IMG/VR virus record: IMGVR_UViG_3300035670_000027
Strand: one strand, 5' to 3'
Source of the DNA: a virus
DNA: 64,000 nt
A program made the translations under genes and the position numbers. Below, piece by piece: positions 18,302 to 27,544 of this stretch. Under the pieces are notes generated by a model. The model saw nothing but the letters and a program-made list of their open reading frames with translations. It made no database searches and was not told the origin of the DNA. Each line of letters starts with the position of its first letter. Within the stretch, counting starts at the first letter, position 1.

Positions 18302-21239
18302 TTAATCCTAACTGCTTTGCATATCTTGGTGTATTGCAAGCCCAGTATGCGGCACTTGTTCTATCTTTCTGTGTTGAACATTGATGACGAGCCGCAAAAG
18401 ATTTTCTTGCTTCTGGATCATTCATCTTAACTGATAGACCAGTCGTATCGCCCCATGTGACTTTCTTAATGCCACCATCAGGTTTTCTTACATACACATA
18501 AAACTTTTTAGGACCACCACGCTTTGGTTGATTCAATGGTGGGTCTTTCTCTTCTTCTTCGTACATTGGGCAGTCAAGAGGAACATGATTGCCATCGTAT
18601 TCTGCAAACTCGCCAATGTCTGTTTCTTCAATGAGATGTTTATCTTCTGCGCTGAGTTCTAACTTGCCTTCGTTATACAATTTTCTTGCTTCACGAAAGA
18701 GTTCGAAATAGTTTTCTGAACCTACACGATAGACATTTTCGCACAATGGTACTTGATTGTCCATGTGCCAATCGATTGCTTCATGCACCTTTTCTCTAGA
18801 GAACATCTTCTTCAAGTCTTTAAACTTTTCAGGAAGTTGTACTGCTGGTTTTTCATCAGAAAATTCTGCAACATTTACTAGACTTTCTTGCCCTGGAGTA
18901 TCTGCCGCATACTTCTTACGCATTTGGTCAGTTCCCCACTCCAGGGCTTCGATAAAATTTGCGAATTCTTCGTTCTTTGAAACTTTCTTTGCAAGGTCAC
19001 TATCAGCACCGCCCCAAGTTCCTTTGCCTTTTGTGATGAATGAGTTCACTCTAGCAAACGCCCATTGTTGTGGTGTTGTACCTGGACGATGACCACCTTG
19101 CCATGCCGCCATACCACGGTCATAGACTTTCTTTAGAATGCCGTAAGGTATGCCAGACTTCTCTGCTTTCTTTTTGAGTCCATCGATCTCTTCGAAAAGA
19201 TCAGCAAATTCTTTAATTTCTTCTTCAGTCAATTCTTCTTGTGGAATCTCTGAGATTGCTTCGTAGATATCCTCATCATCGATTTCAAATTCATCTTCGC
19301 CTTCTTCTTCATCGTCTTCCATATCTTCATCATCGTAATCGTACATACCTTCAAACTCAAGATAGTCTTTTACGCTTTCGATATAGTCTGTTGCTTTTGT
19401 AATCTTAGAGAGAACCCATGCTTCTGGTTCTTCATCCATCATGTCAAGCAACTCTAGAAGTTCTTCAGCATCTTGCATGAGATTAGCAACTTCAATCTGT
19501 GCCATCTCAAGCCCATCAATTTTATCGTAATCATCGTACTCGCCTTTTTCAACCATGTTGGCAAGTTTCTTTGTGTCTACGCCAGGATAACTTCTGGCAA
19601 CTTGTGATGCATAATAGAGTTTATCTTTACTACCATCTTTCTTTCTTGCCAATACACCTTGCAATGCATCTTTGGCTAAACTATATGACTTCGCATGTGT
19701 GATTGGGCTGAGTGCTTTGCGAATGCCAAACATGTCTTCAAAGACTTCGTTGACTTCTTCTTTTTGCAATTGTGTTCTTGTCAAACGGAACAACTGATCG
19801 GATGATGTGACCATATCAAGCAAAGTAGTAAGAAGATTCTGTGTCGCAGTTCTTTCTGTAGGATTCAATACTTCGCCATTGTCCATCTTTGTAATTGAAC
19901 GCTTGATGATTGCTAGAAGTTTTTTGTCAGCAAGACCCATGCGAACCAATTGCTCTAACTTGTTGACTTGTTTCTTGTCTAACTCTTCGCCATACATCTG
20001 CTTAAATTTCTTTGTATGCTTTGACTGTGGCATGCCTTTTTCTCTTGCCTCTTTGTCGCCTGGTGCGTCTGCGTATGCTGATTGATCAGAATCAGACTTT
20101 GGTCCCATACGCTTGAAGTGTGCATCTCTACGCTCTTTAGTATCTTTGTCTAAACCTTTATAATACTTTGAAGGTTGTGTACCTGGTTTACCAGACACAT
20201 CTTTGTCTTGTGGCAGTTTACCTTCTAAGAAATTTTCAAACGCTTCATTCTTTGCTTGTGTTTGGCGCTTCTTTCTTTCAATCTCTGCTTTGCGTACTCT
20301 TGGTAGCAAGCGCATTGAAATCTTTGCGATTGCGCCTTTCATCTTTTCAACTTTTTTATCAACTGCAATCTTTTGTCCAACTGAAAGAGACTTGTATGCT
20401 TTGCCGCCACCAAAACGCTTTTTCAAAAACTTAAGTGCGGCTCTTCTTGCTCTAGTTTTTAGTTTGCCTTGTGTAGCAAAACGGCGAGAGGCGAGTTCTC
20501 TAGTTCTCTTTAGTTTTGCTTTCATTCTTCTCAGCATCATACCTCTTTTTCTACGCTGAGCCATTGATAAGGCTTCGGTAGTATTCTCTTCCTTTTCTTC
20601 AGGAACGCAATTTGGTACCATACGATTACCCTTCTTTTTTAGTCCTTGTTGTTTGTAACCAACCCAACATGCTTCGTCTATACTTTCTGTTAATCTCATT
20701 CCTTTTTTAACTGCATCAAACATTTGCTTTGCTTGCATATCGTTGAGTGCAGATGGAACACCTTCTTTAAACTTTTTGAAATCGTTATCTCTTACAAAAC
20801 CACGCATCTTAGAAGCGGACATACCAGATACACCTTCGGCATCAGGATCACGCTCACCTGCGCTAATGACTTCTATTGAATTGAAGGTAAAGTCTTTACC
20901 ATTGTATCGATTCAATAGAGTTTTAAATTCTTGTACACGATCACTTCCGACAACAACTGTTACATCGGTAAACTTTTCTCTTTGAAGTTCTTGCATGACT
21001 TCAATGATTGTTCTTGCTCTTGACTTGACAACATCAAGCATTTTACCAAAAGCAAGTTTCGCAAACTTCAGTTTGTCATCGTATGAAAGTGGATCTTTTT
21101 TGGGATTAGTCGTGTGGGAAAGATACAGTCTAGCGACTGCGCCACGAGATTTTGCCGCTTTGGCTATATTTTGTGCAACCAGTTCATGACCGGTTGTTGA
21201 TGGATTCATTCTACCGAATCCGAGTGTAACTTTCTTCAT
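18276..21239 (-). CDS. HIGH-family (NMNAT/cytidyltransferase-like) nucleotidyltransferase fused to multiple small modules
   Basis: FGRMNPSTTGH (TxGH), VVGSDR, MSASKMR; about 800 aa of modules separated by acidic linkers. Confidence 0.75.
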   Translation of the reverse strand: MKKVTLGFGRMNPSTTGHELVAQNIAKAAKSRGAVARLYLSHTTNPKKDPLSYDDKLKFAKLAFGKMLDVVKSRARTIIEVMQELQREKFTDVTVVVGSDRVQEFKTLLNRYNGKDFTFNSIEVISAGERDPDAEGVSGMSASKMRGFVRDNDFKKFKEGVPSALNDMQAKQMFDAVKKGMRLTESIDEACWVGYKQQGLKKKGNRMVPNCVPEEKEENTTEALSMAQRRKRGMMLRRMKAKLKRTRELASRRFATQGKLKTRARRAALKFLKKRFGGGKAYKSLSVGQKIAVDKKVEKMKGAIAKISMRLLPRVRKAEIERKKRQTQAKNEAFENFLEGKLPQDKDVSGKPGTQPSKYYKGLDKDTKERRDAHFKRMGPKSDSDQSAYADAPGDKEAREKGMPQSKHTKKFKQMYGEELDKKQVNKLEQLVRMGLADKKLLAIIKRSITKMDNGEVLNPTERTATQNLLTTLLDMVTSSDQLFRLTRTQLQKEEVNEVFEDMFGIRKALSPITHAKSYSLAKDALQGVLARKKDGSKDKLYYASQVARSYPGVDTKKLANMVEKGEYDDYDKIDGLEMAQIEVANLMQDAEELLELLDMMDEEPEAWVLSKITKATDYIESVKDYLEFEGMYDYDDEDMEDDEEEGEDEFEIDDEDIYEAISEIPQEELTEEEIKEFADLFEEIDGLKKKAEKSGIPYGILKKVYDRGMAAWQGGHRPGTTPQQWAFARVNSFITKGKGTWGGADSDLAKKVSKNEEFANFIEALEWGTDQMRKKYAADTPGQESLVNVAEFSDEKPAVQLPEKFKDLKKMFSREKVHEAIDWHMDNQVPLCENVYRVGSENYFELFREARKLYNEGKLELSAEDKHLIEETDIGEFAEYDGNHVPLDCPMYEEEEKDPPLNQPKRGGPKKFYVYVRKPDGGIKKVTWGDTTGLSVKMNDPEARKSFAARHQCSTQKDRTSAAYWACNTPRYAKQLGLSGGGNFFW

Positions 21240-21297
21240 GGAGTTTTCCTTAGACTTATCCTGACAGGTTTGGCATACCCTAACTGTCCATACTTCT

Positions 21298-21304
21298 TAT
21301 TTAG
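21298..21304 (-). promoter_or_regulatory. variant late promoter CTAAATA
   Basis: about 60 nt upstream of ATG 21239. Confidence 0.5.
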
Positions 21305-21309
21305 TAATT

Positions 21310-22311
21310 TTAAACGCCACCTCGCTCATTTGCCGCAATTTTAATGACATTTCCTGTCATTCTACTCTTGTATGCGGCTAACGCTCTAGTTCCTGGATAA
21401 CCAGGGATTGATTTTCTTGTTGAATCGTTACGAATTAGAAACCATACTTTCTTACTGTCTGGCACTTCGCTGAGTTTTGTAATCACGCTTGAAACGCTGA
21501 TTGTCAGAGTATTGTTCTCACCAGTATATTTGAAGTCATCACCTTCGAATGTTCGTGTGATAACTGAACCTTTGTTTGGCAGAATATCGCTACCAAAGAT
21601 TACGCTCTTTGATTCTTCTACTGTTGCTTCAATACCAATGTTTGGTGTAATCTTAATAACGCCACCAGCAAGACTTTCTACTTTTACTTTATTCTCTTTA
21701 ACTGCTTTGTCTAAAAAGTTCTTTGCATTCTCTCTCCAGAAACTATCAGCAGATTCCCAATACTCAGCATTGTCTTTCTTCAATGAGACTGGTATCACTT
21801 TACCTTTTGAATCTGTAATGGTCAAGTCTGCTTTCTTTCTGCCTGCGGTGTCTTCACCAGTTCTCTTTGCAATCTTTGCTTCTTTGATGAGGTGTTTGTG
21901 CTTACCATCTGTAAACAATACATCACACACACCATACTTTTGAATCACAAAGTTAATTGCTTGCACTAAGTTTGTTTCGTTTGCAACACCAGCAGAGGCA
22001 GTACCTTGTAGTGAAAGAGGCTTAACTGCAATTCTGAAATTAGCAACATCAATGTGACCAAGAGAACCACCGAATGAACGATTTGGATTTCTCTTACCAC
22101 CAAGTTGATTCATTAGATTCGCCATCACGGTATCACGCTTTTCATTTGTCAAAACAAAGAGTGATCTTGCATCTTTTTTCTTCAAGTCTTTATAGCCGAT
22201 AGAAGCCATGTACTTCATCAACGCATCTAATGTTGTAAATCGTGCCATATTACCATCCTCTTCTTCGTTTTTCTTTTCGGTAATAAATGATCTGAATCTC
22301 ATTATTGCCAT
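21310..22311 (-). CDS. PD-(D/E)XK nuclease-like protein with capsid-targeting-like N-terminus
   Basis: ANE...KADL...VSLKK pattern; MRFRSFITE N-terminus. Confidence 0.55.
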   Translation of the reverse strand: MAIMRFRSFITEKKNEEEDGNMARFTTLDALMKYMASIGYKDLKKKDARSLFVLTNEKRDTVMANLMNQLGGKRNPNRSFGGSLGHIDVANFRIAVKPLSLQGTASAGVANETNLVQAINFVIQKYGVCDVLFTDGKHKHLIKEAKIAKRTGEDTAGRKKADLTITDSKGKVIPVSLKKDNAEYWESADSFWRENAKNFLDKAVKENKVKVESLAGGVIKITPNIGIEATVEESKSVIFGSDILPNKGSVITRTFEGDDFKYTGENNTLTISVSSVITKLSEVPDSKKVWFLIRNDSTRKSIPGYPGTRALAAYKSRMTGNVIKIAANERGGV

Positions 22312-22358
22312 GGTTTTTGGTCTCTTTCTTTATAAATTGAGGTGTAGCCTTTCATCTG

Positions 22359-23588
22359 CTACCTCTGCCAGCCTTTAATAACATCCGGTGAGAAATTGGC
22401 GTAACTGAATCTCATTCTGTCAACCAACTTCACGGTGTTACCACTCAGATGGTCAATCGCAACATATCCCTCAACACCCGTAACTTCGTAACCTTTATTT
22501 GTCATCAAGAAAGTACCAATCGACTTCACTTGATCTAGTTTTGTAATCAGCACCAACTTCGCTTCAGCAAGCAAGTTCATCAAAGTAAAAATACTTTCAA
22601 GTTCAGATTTATTTCCAGCAGAAAAGAATTTCAAAACCTCATCACGCTTTGCGTATGTAGTCGCTTTTCCTTTCTCGCCTTTCTTTGATGCTTCTTTTTC
22701 ATAGTAGTCTGTAATGAATTGAATGAGTTCAGCAACATGTCGCTTGACATTTGTGATCTTCAATTGATTTCGTACTTTTGTATTGTTGAATGTCTTGATG
22801 CGATCTCTTAAATCATCATTGCCTGCAATAAAGTTCAATGTTTTTGCATCGATGCGATAGAATACTTTGCCTGCATCAGATAGAATCTTTGTGATTTTCT
22901 TTGTTTCGGCATCTGTCATTGTCGCTTTGCCTGAGAGGTCACGATAGTTCACATCGGTCGACCAAACTCTTGGTGTTTTTCGAATCATTGAAAGAATATC
23001 TTTACCAAAGACTGCTCTCATCTCTTCAAATGTATTGCCTTCGTATAGTGTGTGCCATACAACGCCAATTTTAGCGGCTTTTATCTCTTTTGCAAGTTCA
23101 CTTTGCGCTGGGATTGCATACACGATTGTATTTGGATGAAAGGTGATATACTCTTCACCATCAATTGTTGCAGTCTTCAAGTCTTTTTCTGTGAAAAGCA
23201 AGTCACCTTGAATCACGCCTTTGGTGATTCCTAGGTTTTTAAATTCTTCAAGAGATGCTTTCAGTTTATCTGCTAGGTCTCCTGAAGTGTCGGCATCGAT
23301 CTCGGATGGCGTCTTGTATATTTTGGGATTCTTATTGAATATTCCCTTCTTTGCGACAAAAAATTTCCCATCGCTTGGATCGATTCCAACGAAAACTGCG
23401 GGTGCACCATCCCACTTTACTGTAATGTCTACACGCTTGGTAGATTTACCAGCAAGCATATCACGCACCGCTCTAAGTGCATTGATTGAGTTACGGGCAC
23501 CAGTTACACCATGGTTGAGAACATCGTCCTCTGCATGCTCCATGTGTGTATTTTTCTGTTCTACTATAAATTGTTTGAAGTTCAACAT
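22359..23588 (-). CDS. conserved T4-like protein with ligase/nucleotidyltransferase-like motifs and capsid-targeting-like N-terminus
   Basis: TVKWDG (KxDG), QGDLLF, EGYV, VKLV; MLNFKQFIVE N-terminus. Confidence 0.65.
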   Translation of the reverse strand: MLNFKQFIVEQKNTHMEHAEDDVLNHGVTGARNSINALRAVRDMLAGKSTKRVDITVKWDGAPAVFVGIDPSDGKFFVAKKGIFNKNPKIYKTPSEIDADTSGDLADKLKASLEEFKNLGITKGVIQGDLLFTEKDLKTATIDGEEYITFHPNTIVYAIPAQSELAKEIKAAKIGVVWHTLYEGNTFEEMRAVFGKDILSMIRKTPRVWSTDVNYRDLSGKATMTDAETKKITKILSDAGKVFYRIDAKTLNFIAGNDDLRDRIKTFNNTKVRNQLKITNVKRHVAELIQFITDYYEKEASKKGEKGKATTYAKRDEVLKFFSAGNKSELESIFTLMNLLAEAKLVLITKLDQVKSIGTFLMTNKGYEVTGVEGYVAIDHLSGNTVKLVDRMRFSYANFSPDVIKGWQR

Positions 23589-23596
23589 TGTCCTAG

Positions 23597-23624
23597 ATAA
23601 AAAAAGTCCATCTTGCGATGGACT
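23597..23624 (-). terminator. intrinsic terminator overlapping a late promoter
   Basis: AGTCCATC-GCAA-GATGGACT followed by a T-tract. Confidence 0.75.
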
Positions 23625-23631
23625 ATTTATA
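23624..23631 (-). promoter_or_regulatory. T4-type late promoter TATAAATA
   Basis: exact octamer at the head of the late block. Confidence 0.8.
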
Positions 23632-23643
23632 AGATTGAAAGAT

Positions 23644-23982
23644 TTATCGCCTCATTGTGGCTTGATCTTTGGCTTCTTCATCGGAAAAGATAGGCACCGC
23701 ATTTGACTTATGTAGGGTGCCAATGCCAAGCATTTTTGTGCCTGTATATCGAACACCTTTGATAGGTTTCGTGCAAGTGTCAGGACTGTTTGTCATCAAA
23801 CTAGGATAGTGTGGCGTTTGCCTCACAAAAGGTTTGGGCGGCACATAGGTGTCGCTTTTATTTGCCTTAGCAACAGGCTTTGTCGCATGTTTTAGTTTAA
23901 TGGCTTCCCACTCAGCGGCAAGTTGCCGTTGCTTTGCGGTAGGCTTACGCTTTTTGGAACGCTGATTTGTGTAAATTATCAT
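23644..23982 (-). CDS. basic conserved phage protein (112 aa), probably leaderless
   Basis: YTGTKMLGIGTLHKSNAVP motif; ATG 6 nt after the -10 box. Confidence 0.7.
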   Translation of the reverse strand: MIIYTNQRSKKRKPTAKQRQLAAEWEAIKLKHATKPVAKANKSDTYVPPKPFVRQTPHYPSLMTNSPDTCTKPIKGVRYTGTKMLGIGTLHKSNAVPIFSDEEAKDQATMRR

Positions 23983-23988
23983 GCTTAC

Positions 23989-24017
23989 ACTATAACATAA
24001 CGACAAACTCCTGTCAA
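23989..24017 (-). promoter_or_regulatory. sigma70-like promoter
   Basis: TTGACA-17-TATAGT. Confidence 0.8.
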
Positions 24018-24037
24018 TACTGTAAATTTATACAGTA
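24018..24037. promoter_or_regulatory. LexA (SOS) box
   Basis: TACTGT-AAATTTAT-ACAGTA matches CTGT-N8-ACAG with TA flanks and abuts the -35 box. Confidence 0.75.
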
Positions 24038-24271
24038 TTACCTAGCACTAATATTGATTTCAGATAGTGAAATGCTATCGTCTACATGGAGTGTAGGTTG
24101 TGCGGCGGCAAAATTATAGTTCATGTTGTCATCAATGGCTCCAGAGACAATATATTGATCACCAAAAGATACAAAGATATCATTCTCATCTTTCTTTGGT
24201 TTGCCAATGTGTGCTTCAAGTTCTTCAACCAATGCTTTCATCTCTACTAAAATTTCGTTTAATGTTCTCAT
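24038..24271 (-). CDS. hypothetical protein
   Basis: 77 aa; ATGA overlap with gp41. Confidence 0.5.
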   Translation of the reverse strand: MRTLNEILVEMKALVEELEAHIGKPKKDENDIFVSFGDQYIVSGAIDDNMNYNFAAAQPTLHVDDSISLSEINISAR

Positions 24272-25668
24272 ACTTTAAACCCCTCAAATTTTCGTTGTTT
24301 ATCCCTACGCCCGAAATCTGATTTATCGAACACAGGACCATCGTCTTGCTTACTGTCGAGAATGTCATCTTGTGCAGTTTGCTCTGCATCGTATAACTTC
24401 ATCTTTGCTTTGTCAACTCCAATCACGAATCGTTTGTTTGTATCTGGATTACTATAACGATTCTTCAATTGCTTGACCATGATTTGATTGAGATCAATCA
24501 ACTCTTCAGTACTGATAAGTGCAATCATAAAGTCTGCGGTTGCAGGCAAACCAAATGATTCTGAAGTATCAGTCAAGTCAACATCTGAATTAGAGTAGCC
24601 ACTTCTCGTAGTTTGTGTAGCCGATATGACCGGCACACTATGTTCAACTGCAAGCCCTCGCAACTCTTCGGCAATTGCTTTGATGTATGAATATGAATTG
24701 ACATTCGATCCGTGCTTGATTCGTGCTGATGCACAAATGTTTAGATAGTCAATGTAGATGATATCAGGAATGAATTGTCGTTTCAGTTTCAGTTCATTGA
24801 GTAGATGCTTGAAGTGTGTTACGCTGGCGCTGGCAGTTGGATACTCTTTGATAATCAATCGACCCAAAGTTTTTTCTTTGAGTTTTTCAATCTTTCTGAG
24901 ATAAGTTTCTTTTGGTAATGCCGCAAGTTTATCAACATCGGTGTTCAAAAGATTCGCATCAATTCGTTCAGCGATTCTTTCTTCAGCCATCTCAAGTGTG
25001 ATATACAAAACATTCTTACCTAGATTTAGATTCGATGCCGCACAATGACACATGAACATCGACTTACCGACACCAGTACCAGCAAGAATAATGTTTAGTG
25101 TTTTCTCAGGAAGACCGCCTTTTGTAATTCTGTTAAGGTAGTCAAGGTCAAAAGGTATGCGCTTCTCAACCTTATGATAGAAATCATACCGATTCGATGC
25201 ATCGTCAAGAAAGTCATGACCAACATGGTTATCAAAAGATATCGCAAGTGCGTCAGATAGAATAGTAGGGATTGCGCCTTTGTCATGTTTACTCTTTCCA
25301 CTTTCATCTAGAATCTGTATAGATTCCATAATTGCGTTGTAGATAGCCTTTTCTTGACAAAACTTCTCAGTAGCATCAACAAGCCATGTGGTATCTTTCT
25401 TGTCGAATTCAGCACCCGCAATTTCGTGTATGAGTGCGGTAATTTTCTTGTGCTGATCACCAGAGAGATTGGTCCTCTTATCAACTTCGATTTCAATCGC
25501 TTCGGTGGTAGGTAGAGTGTTATATTTGGTGATGTATTTGTGAATCTCTTCAAATACTGTTTTCTCGGAATGTTCAGAGAAATACTCACCGGATAGGAAT
25601 GGCAGAGTTTTGCGTGTGTATTCATCATCGTTAATCAGGTGTTTCAGTATCTTTTTTTCTACGCTCAT
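24268..25668 (-). CDS. gp41: T4-like replicative helicase
   Basis: AGTGVGKS Walker A, IYIDY, SATQTTR, SESFGLPATAD. Confidence 0.95.
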   Translation of the reverse strand: MSVEKKILKHLINDDEYTRKTLPFLSGEYFSEHSEKTVFEEIHKYITKYNTLPTTEAIEIEVDKRTNLSGDQHKKITALIHEIAGAEFDKKDTTWLVDATEKFCQEKAIYNAIMESIQILDESGKSKHDKGAIPTILSDALAISFDNHVGHDFLDDASNRYDFYHKVEKRIPFDLDYLNRITKGGLPEKTLNIILAGTGVGKSMFMCHCAASNLNLGKNVLYITLEMAEERIAERIDANLLNTDVDKLAALPKETYLRKIEKLKEKTLGRLIIKEYPTASASVTHFKHLLNELKLKRQFIPDIIYIDYLNICASARIKHGSNVNSYSYIKAIAEELRGLAVEHSVPVISATQTTRSGYSNSDVDLTDTSESFGLPATADFMIALISTEELIDLNQIMVKQLKNRYSNPDTNKRFVIGVDKAKMKLYDAEQTAQDDILDSKQDDGPVFDKSDFGRRDKQRKFEGFKV

Positions 25669-25954
25669 GTTCTCTTTCTGCTTCTTCTAGACTGTTCATT
25701 AAAATATCATTCATAATCTGTTCAAGCACCAATTCAAACTTTTCATTCTTTTCTAACTTGTCATTGTTATGCACCTGATAATCAAATGAGAGTGTAGCAG
25801 TACCTTGCTCTTCGTCTTCTTTGATTGATACAGTACCGAATGTAAATTGTGTGCCTTCGAAATCGCCAGTCTTGATTTCAATCGTGGCGATATCATCTTT
25901 CTCTTTGTAAGACTGATGAATGTCTAATACCTGATAGTCTTCATTCATTTTCAT
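25631..25954 (-). CDS. gp40: gp40-like protein (head vertex assembly chaperone position)
   Basis: syntenic between uvsX and gp41; start MKMNED. Confidence 0.55.
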   Translation of the reverse strand: MKMNEDYQVLDIHQSYKEKDDIATIEIKTGDFEGTQFTFGTVSIKEDEEQGTATLSFDYQVHNNDKLEKNEKFELVLEQIMNDILMNSLEEAEREHERRKKDTETPD

Positions 25955-27029
25955 TTTCAGTCGCCAATTCTTCAAATTCTTCCATTGAGTTCTCACCTTG
26001 GGCACCTTCTTGACCATACAAGAATTCTTTCTTACATGCTTCGTCAATCTTGTCCAAAACTTCTTTGGTGAAATACTTCTCAGGTTCTTCGTTGATTGCT
26101 TTACCGAAAACTTTAGAGCCATCAGGCAGTTCGTACCTTGTAGATACTTTCTTGATTATATCATACTTCTCAGCAATGTCAAGCAAGCCATAGTAACGAT
26201 CAAGACCTGTGCTATAGGTAATCTTTACTTCTACCTGTGCATTCTCTTTCGTCAATCGTGACTTCACAAGTTTTGCTTTCACAATGTTGCCAATCACTTC
26301 AGTACCATCTTTGTCTTTCTTCTTAGAAAGAAACACAATTGTTGATGCGGTGTACTTGAGACCAGAACCACCAGACATTTCTTTTGTTGGAATGTATGCA
26401 CCGACAACATCGTACACATGGTTTGTCACAATTAAAGGCACACCAATCTTTGCAAGTTTCAGATTTAATACTCTGAATGTTGCTTTGAGAATGGATGCTT
26501 TGGTCATGTCTTTTGTTTCTTTGCCTTCAGCAGTATCTTCCATTTCTTTCGTAGAAGACAACTGACCAAGAGAATCAAGAACCATCATCATTGGTTTGCG
26601 TTTCGATTCTGCCTGTGCAGAATACTTGTCGATGATCTGCAATGCAGTATGACGAAACTTTTGAATTGTATCTGGTTCAGAGATTACAACTCGCTTCGTA
26701 TCAACACCACGAGATTCCATCATCTGTCGTGTAACTGCCGCTTCAGTATCAAAGTAAATGACACCGCCTTCAGGATTTGCATCTAAGAATTGCTTTACAA
26801 TTCCGAGTACAAAAAAGGTTTTACCTGTGGCAGATTCTCCTGCAAATGCGGTGACTTTGTTGTTGGGCACTCCACCATATATACTTCCACTAAGGACTGC
26901 GTTGAGAGCATATGAACCAGTATCGATACAACCGCTATATTCAGCACTAGCAGTACCATCAGCGAGAATTGTAGTATCTTCATCTTTTAATTGCTCCACT
27001 AAATCTGTAAAAAAATTACCCATAATCAC
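25941..27029 (-). CDS. uvsX: RecA-like recombinase
   Basis: [22 protein letters not shown]. Confidence 0.95.
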   Translation of the reverse strand: MIMGNFFTDLVEQLKDEDTTILADGTASAEYSGCIDTGSYALNAVLSGSIYGGVPNNKVTAFAGESATGKTFFVLGIVKQFLDANPEGGVIYFDTEAAVTRQMMESRGVDTKRVVISEPDTIQKFRHTALQIIDKYSAQAESKRKPMMMVLDSLGQLSSTKEMEDTAEGKETKDMTKASILKATFRVLNLKLAKIGVPLIVTNHVYDVVGAYIPTKEMSGGSGLKYTASTIVFLSKKKDKDGTEVIGNIVKAKLVKSRLTKENAQVEVKITYSTGLDRYYGLLDIAEKYDIIKKVSTRYELPDGSKVFGKAINEEPEKYFTKEVLDKIDEACKKEFLYGQEGAQGENSMEEFEELATENENE

Positions 27030-27544
27030 CTCTCAGACTTTTTATGTAACTCGTTTAAATATTTTTCAAGTAATGCTGGCGAGTGTTGTTCTACTGCCAA
27101 TTCTACTTTATCGTTTTGCTTCTTCAATTCTAATTCATAGGTTCGTTTTCTCAAATCGCTTGAACTATATGAATGTCTACGCTTATGATAATACAATTCG
27201 ATCCCGTTGTCAATACAGTATTGCTTTCCTGTGAAATCTCTACCATAATATTCTTCACTTAGAAAACGAATGTTTATGTCTTGCGTCATCAGAAGATTTA
27301 ATAAATCTGCTTCGGTATCATAAACAAGAATCTCATCTACATATCGGCAAGCCTGTAACTGAACATACCTTTCATAGATTGATTGTACAGGTTTGTTTTT
27401 TACACCAGGTCTGTCGATTGTAGGATCAACTTGAACGGCAACTTTAAGATAGTCGCACAATTCTTTTTCTTGTTTCAACATGGTAACATGACCAGCATGA
27501 AGCAAATCAAATGACGAACATTGAAAACCAATTTTCATAATCAC
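27026..27544 (-). CDS. TagD-like cytidylyltransferase
   Basis: [25 protein letters not shown] motifs. Confidence 0.8.
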   Translation of the reverse strand: MIMKIGFQCSSFDLLHAGHVTMLKQEKELCDYLKVAVQVDPTIDRPGVKNKPVQSIYERYVQLQACRYVDEILVYDTEADLLNLLMTQDINIRFLSEEYYGRDFTGKQYCIDNGIELYYHKRRHSYSSSDLRKRTYELELKKQNDKVELAVEQHSPALLEKYLNELHKKSER

